DNA of 63,780 nucleotides, counting the filler, from Phoronis australis (lineage: Eukaryota; Animalia; Phoronida): assembly GCA_002633005.1 (NCBI GenBank). It is 5 parts of 5 records of this genome, joined end to end, with 100 filler letters (N's around TTAATTAATTAA, not from the genome) between each part and the next. Parts side by side here need not be neighbours in the genome. Positions count along the whole stretch, not along the records: positions 61,893 to 63,780 come from NMRA01001220.1; 4 more parts are not named here. One strand, given 5' to 3'. The translations under genes and the position numbers were made by a program. The notes under the pieces are model-generated. The model saw only the letters and a list, made by a program, of their open reading frames with translations. It did no database searches and was not told where the DNA came from. Of the stretch, positions 63,505 to 63,780 are shown in pieces; positions within the stretch are counted from its first letter, which is position 1; every line of letters begins with the position of its first letter.

Positions 63505-63780
63505 TACTACTGAAGAAGGCACACAGGTCCTGTACTACTGACATAAGGCACACAGTACATGTACTACTGACATAAAGCGCACAGTACATGTACTACTGAC
63601 ATAAGGCACACAGTACATGTACTGCTGACATAAGGCACACAGTACATGTACTGCTGACATAAGGCACACAGTACATGTACTACTGACATAAGACACACAG
63701 TACATGTACTGCTGACATAAGGCACAAAGTACATGTACTACTGACATGAGGCACACAGTACATGTACTACTGACATAAGG
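63505..63780. repeat. 29-bp minisatellite, about 9 copies, running off the window
   Basis: Unit CTACTGACATAAGGCACACAGTACATGTA; contains the palindrome AGTACATGTACT. Confidence 0.93.

Noticed and set aside
63505-63780. CRISPR array (29-bp palindromic repeat)
   Set aside because: Head-to-tail repeats with no spacers, no cas genes, eukaryotic context.

Overview
This is intron-rich animal genomic DNA, most likely a mollusc or another lophotrochozoan (inferred from a temptin-family gene and the repeat types); it is not prokaryotic. The window is a patchwork of five blocks joined by identical artificial 100-bp spacers (N44-TTAATTAATTAA-N44 at 19122, 38045, 57981 and 61793), so adjacency across them is unproven. 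Host genes assembled by hand from GT-AG exons are: (i) three exons of an unidentified coiled-coil-like protein (1-3063); (ii) a secreted temptin-domain protein with a Cys-rich extension, cut off by a spacer (15289-18748); (iii) two duplicated Kazal-inhibitor exon cassettes with different P1 residues (20082-23970); (iv) the 5' part of SPT6/SUPT6H (11 coding exons, 26570-36820). The rest is mostly transposon-derived: Helentron-type non-autonomous elements, Penelope-like retroelements with minimal hammerhead ribozymes, Kolobok-like elements with THAP and P2X7-ballast-like (KolX) fragments, a Sola-like element, hAT/Harbinger/Tc1 MITEs, SINEs and a LINE remnant. The most notable observations are a ~170-bp TSD-flanked hairpin carrying an intact hammerhead core in an SPT6 intron, the Kazal cassettes, and two apparent empty/filled insertion allele pairs. 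All assignments come from reading the sequence; no database searches were run.
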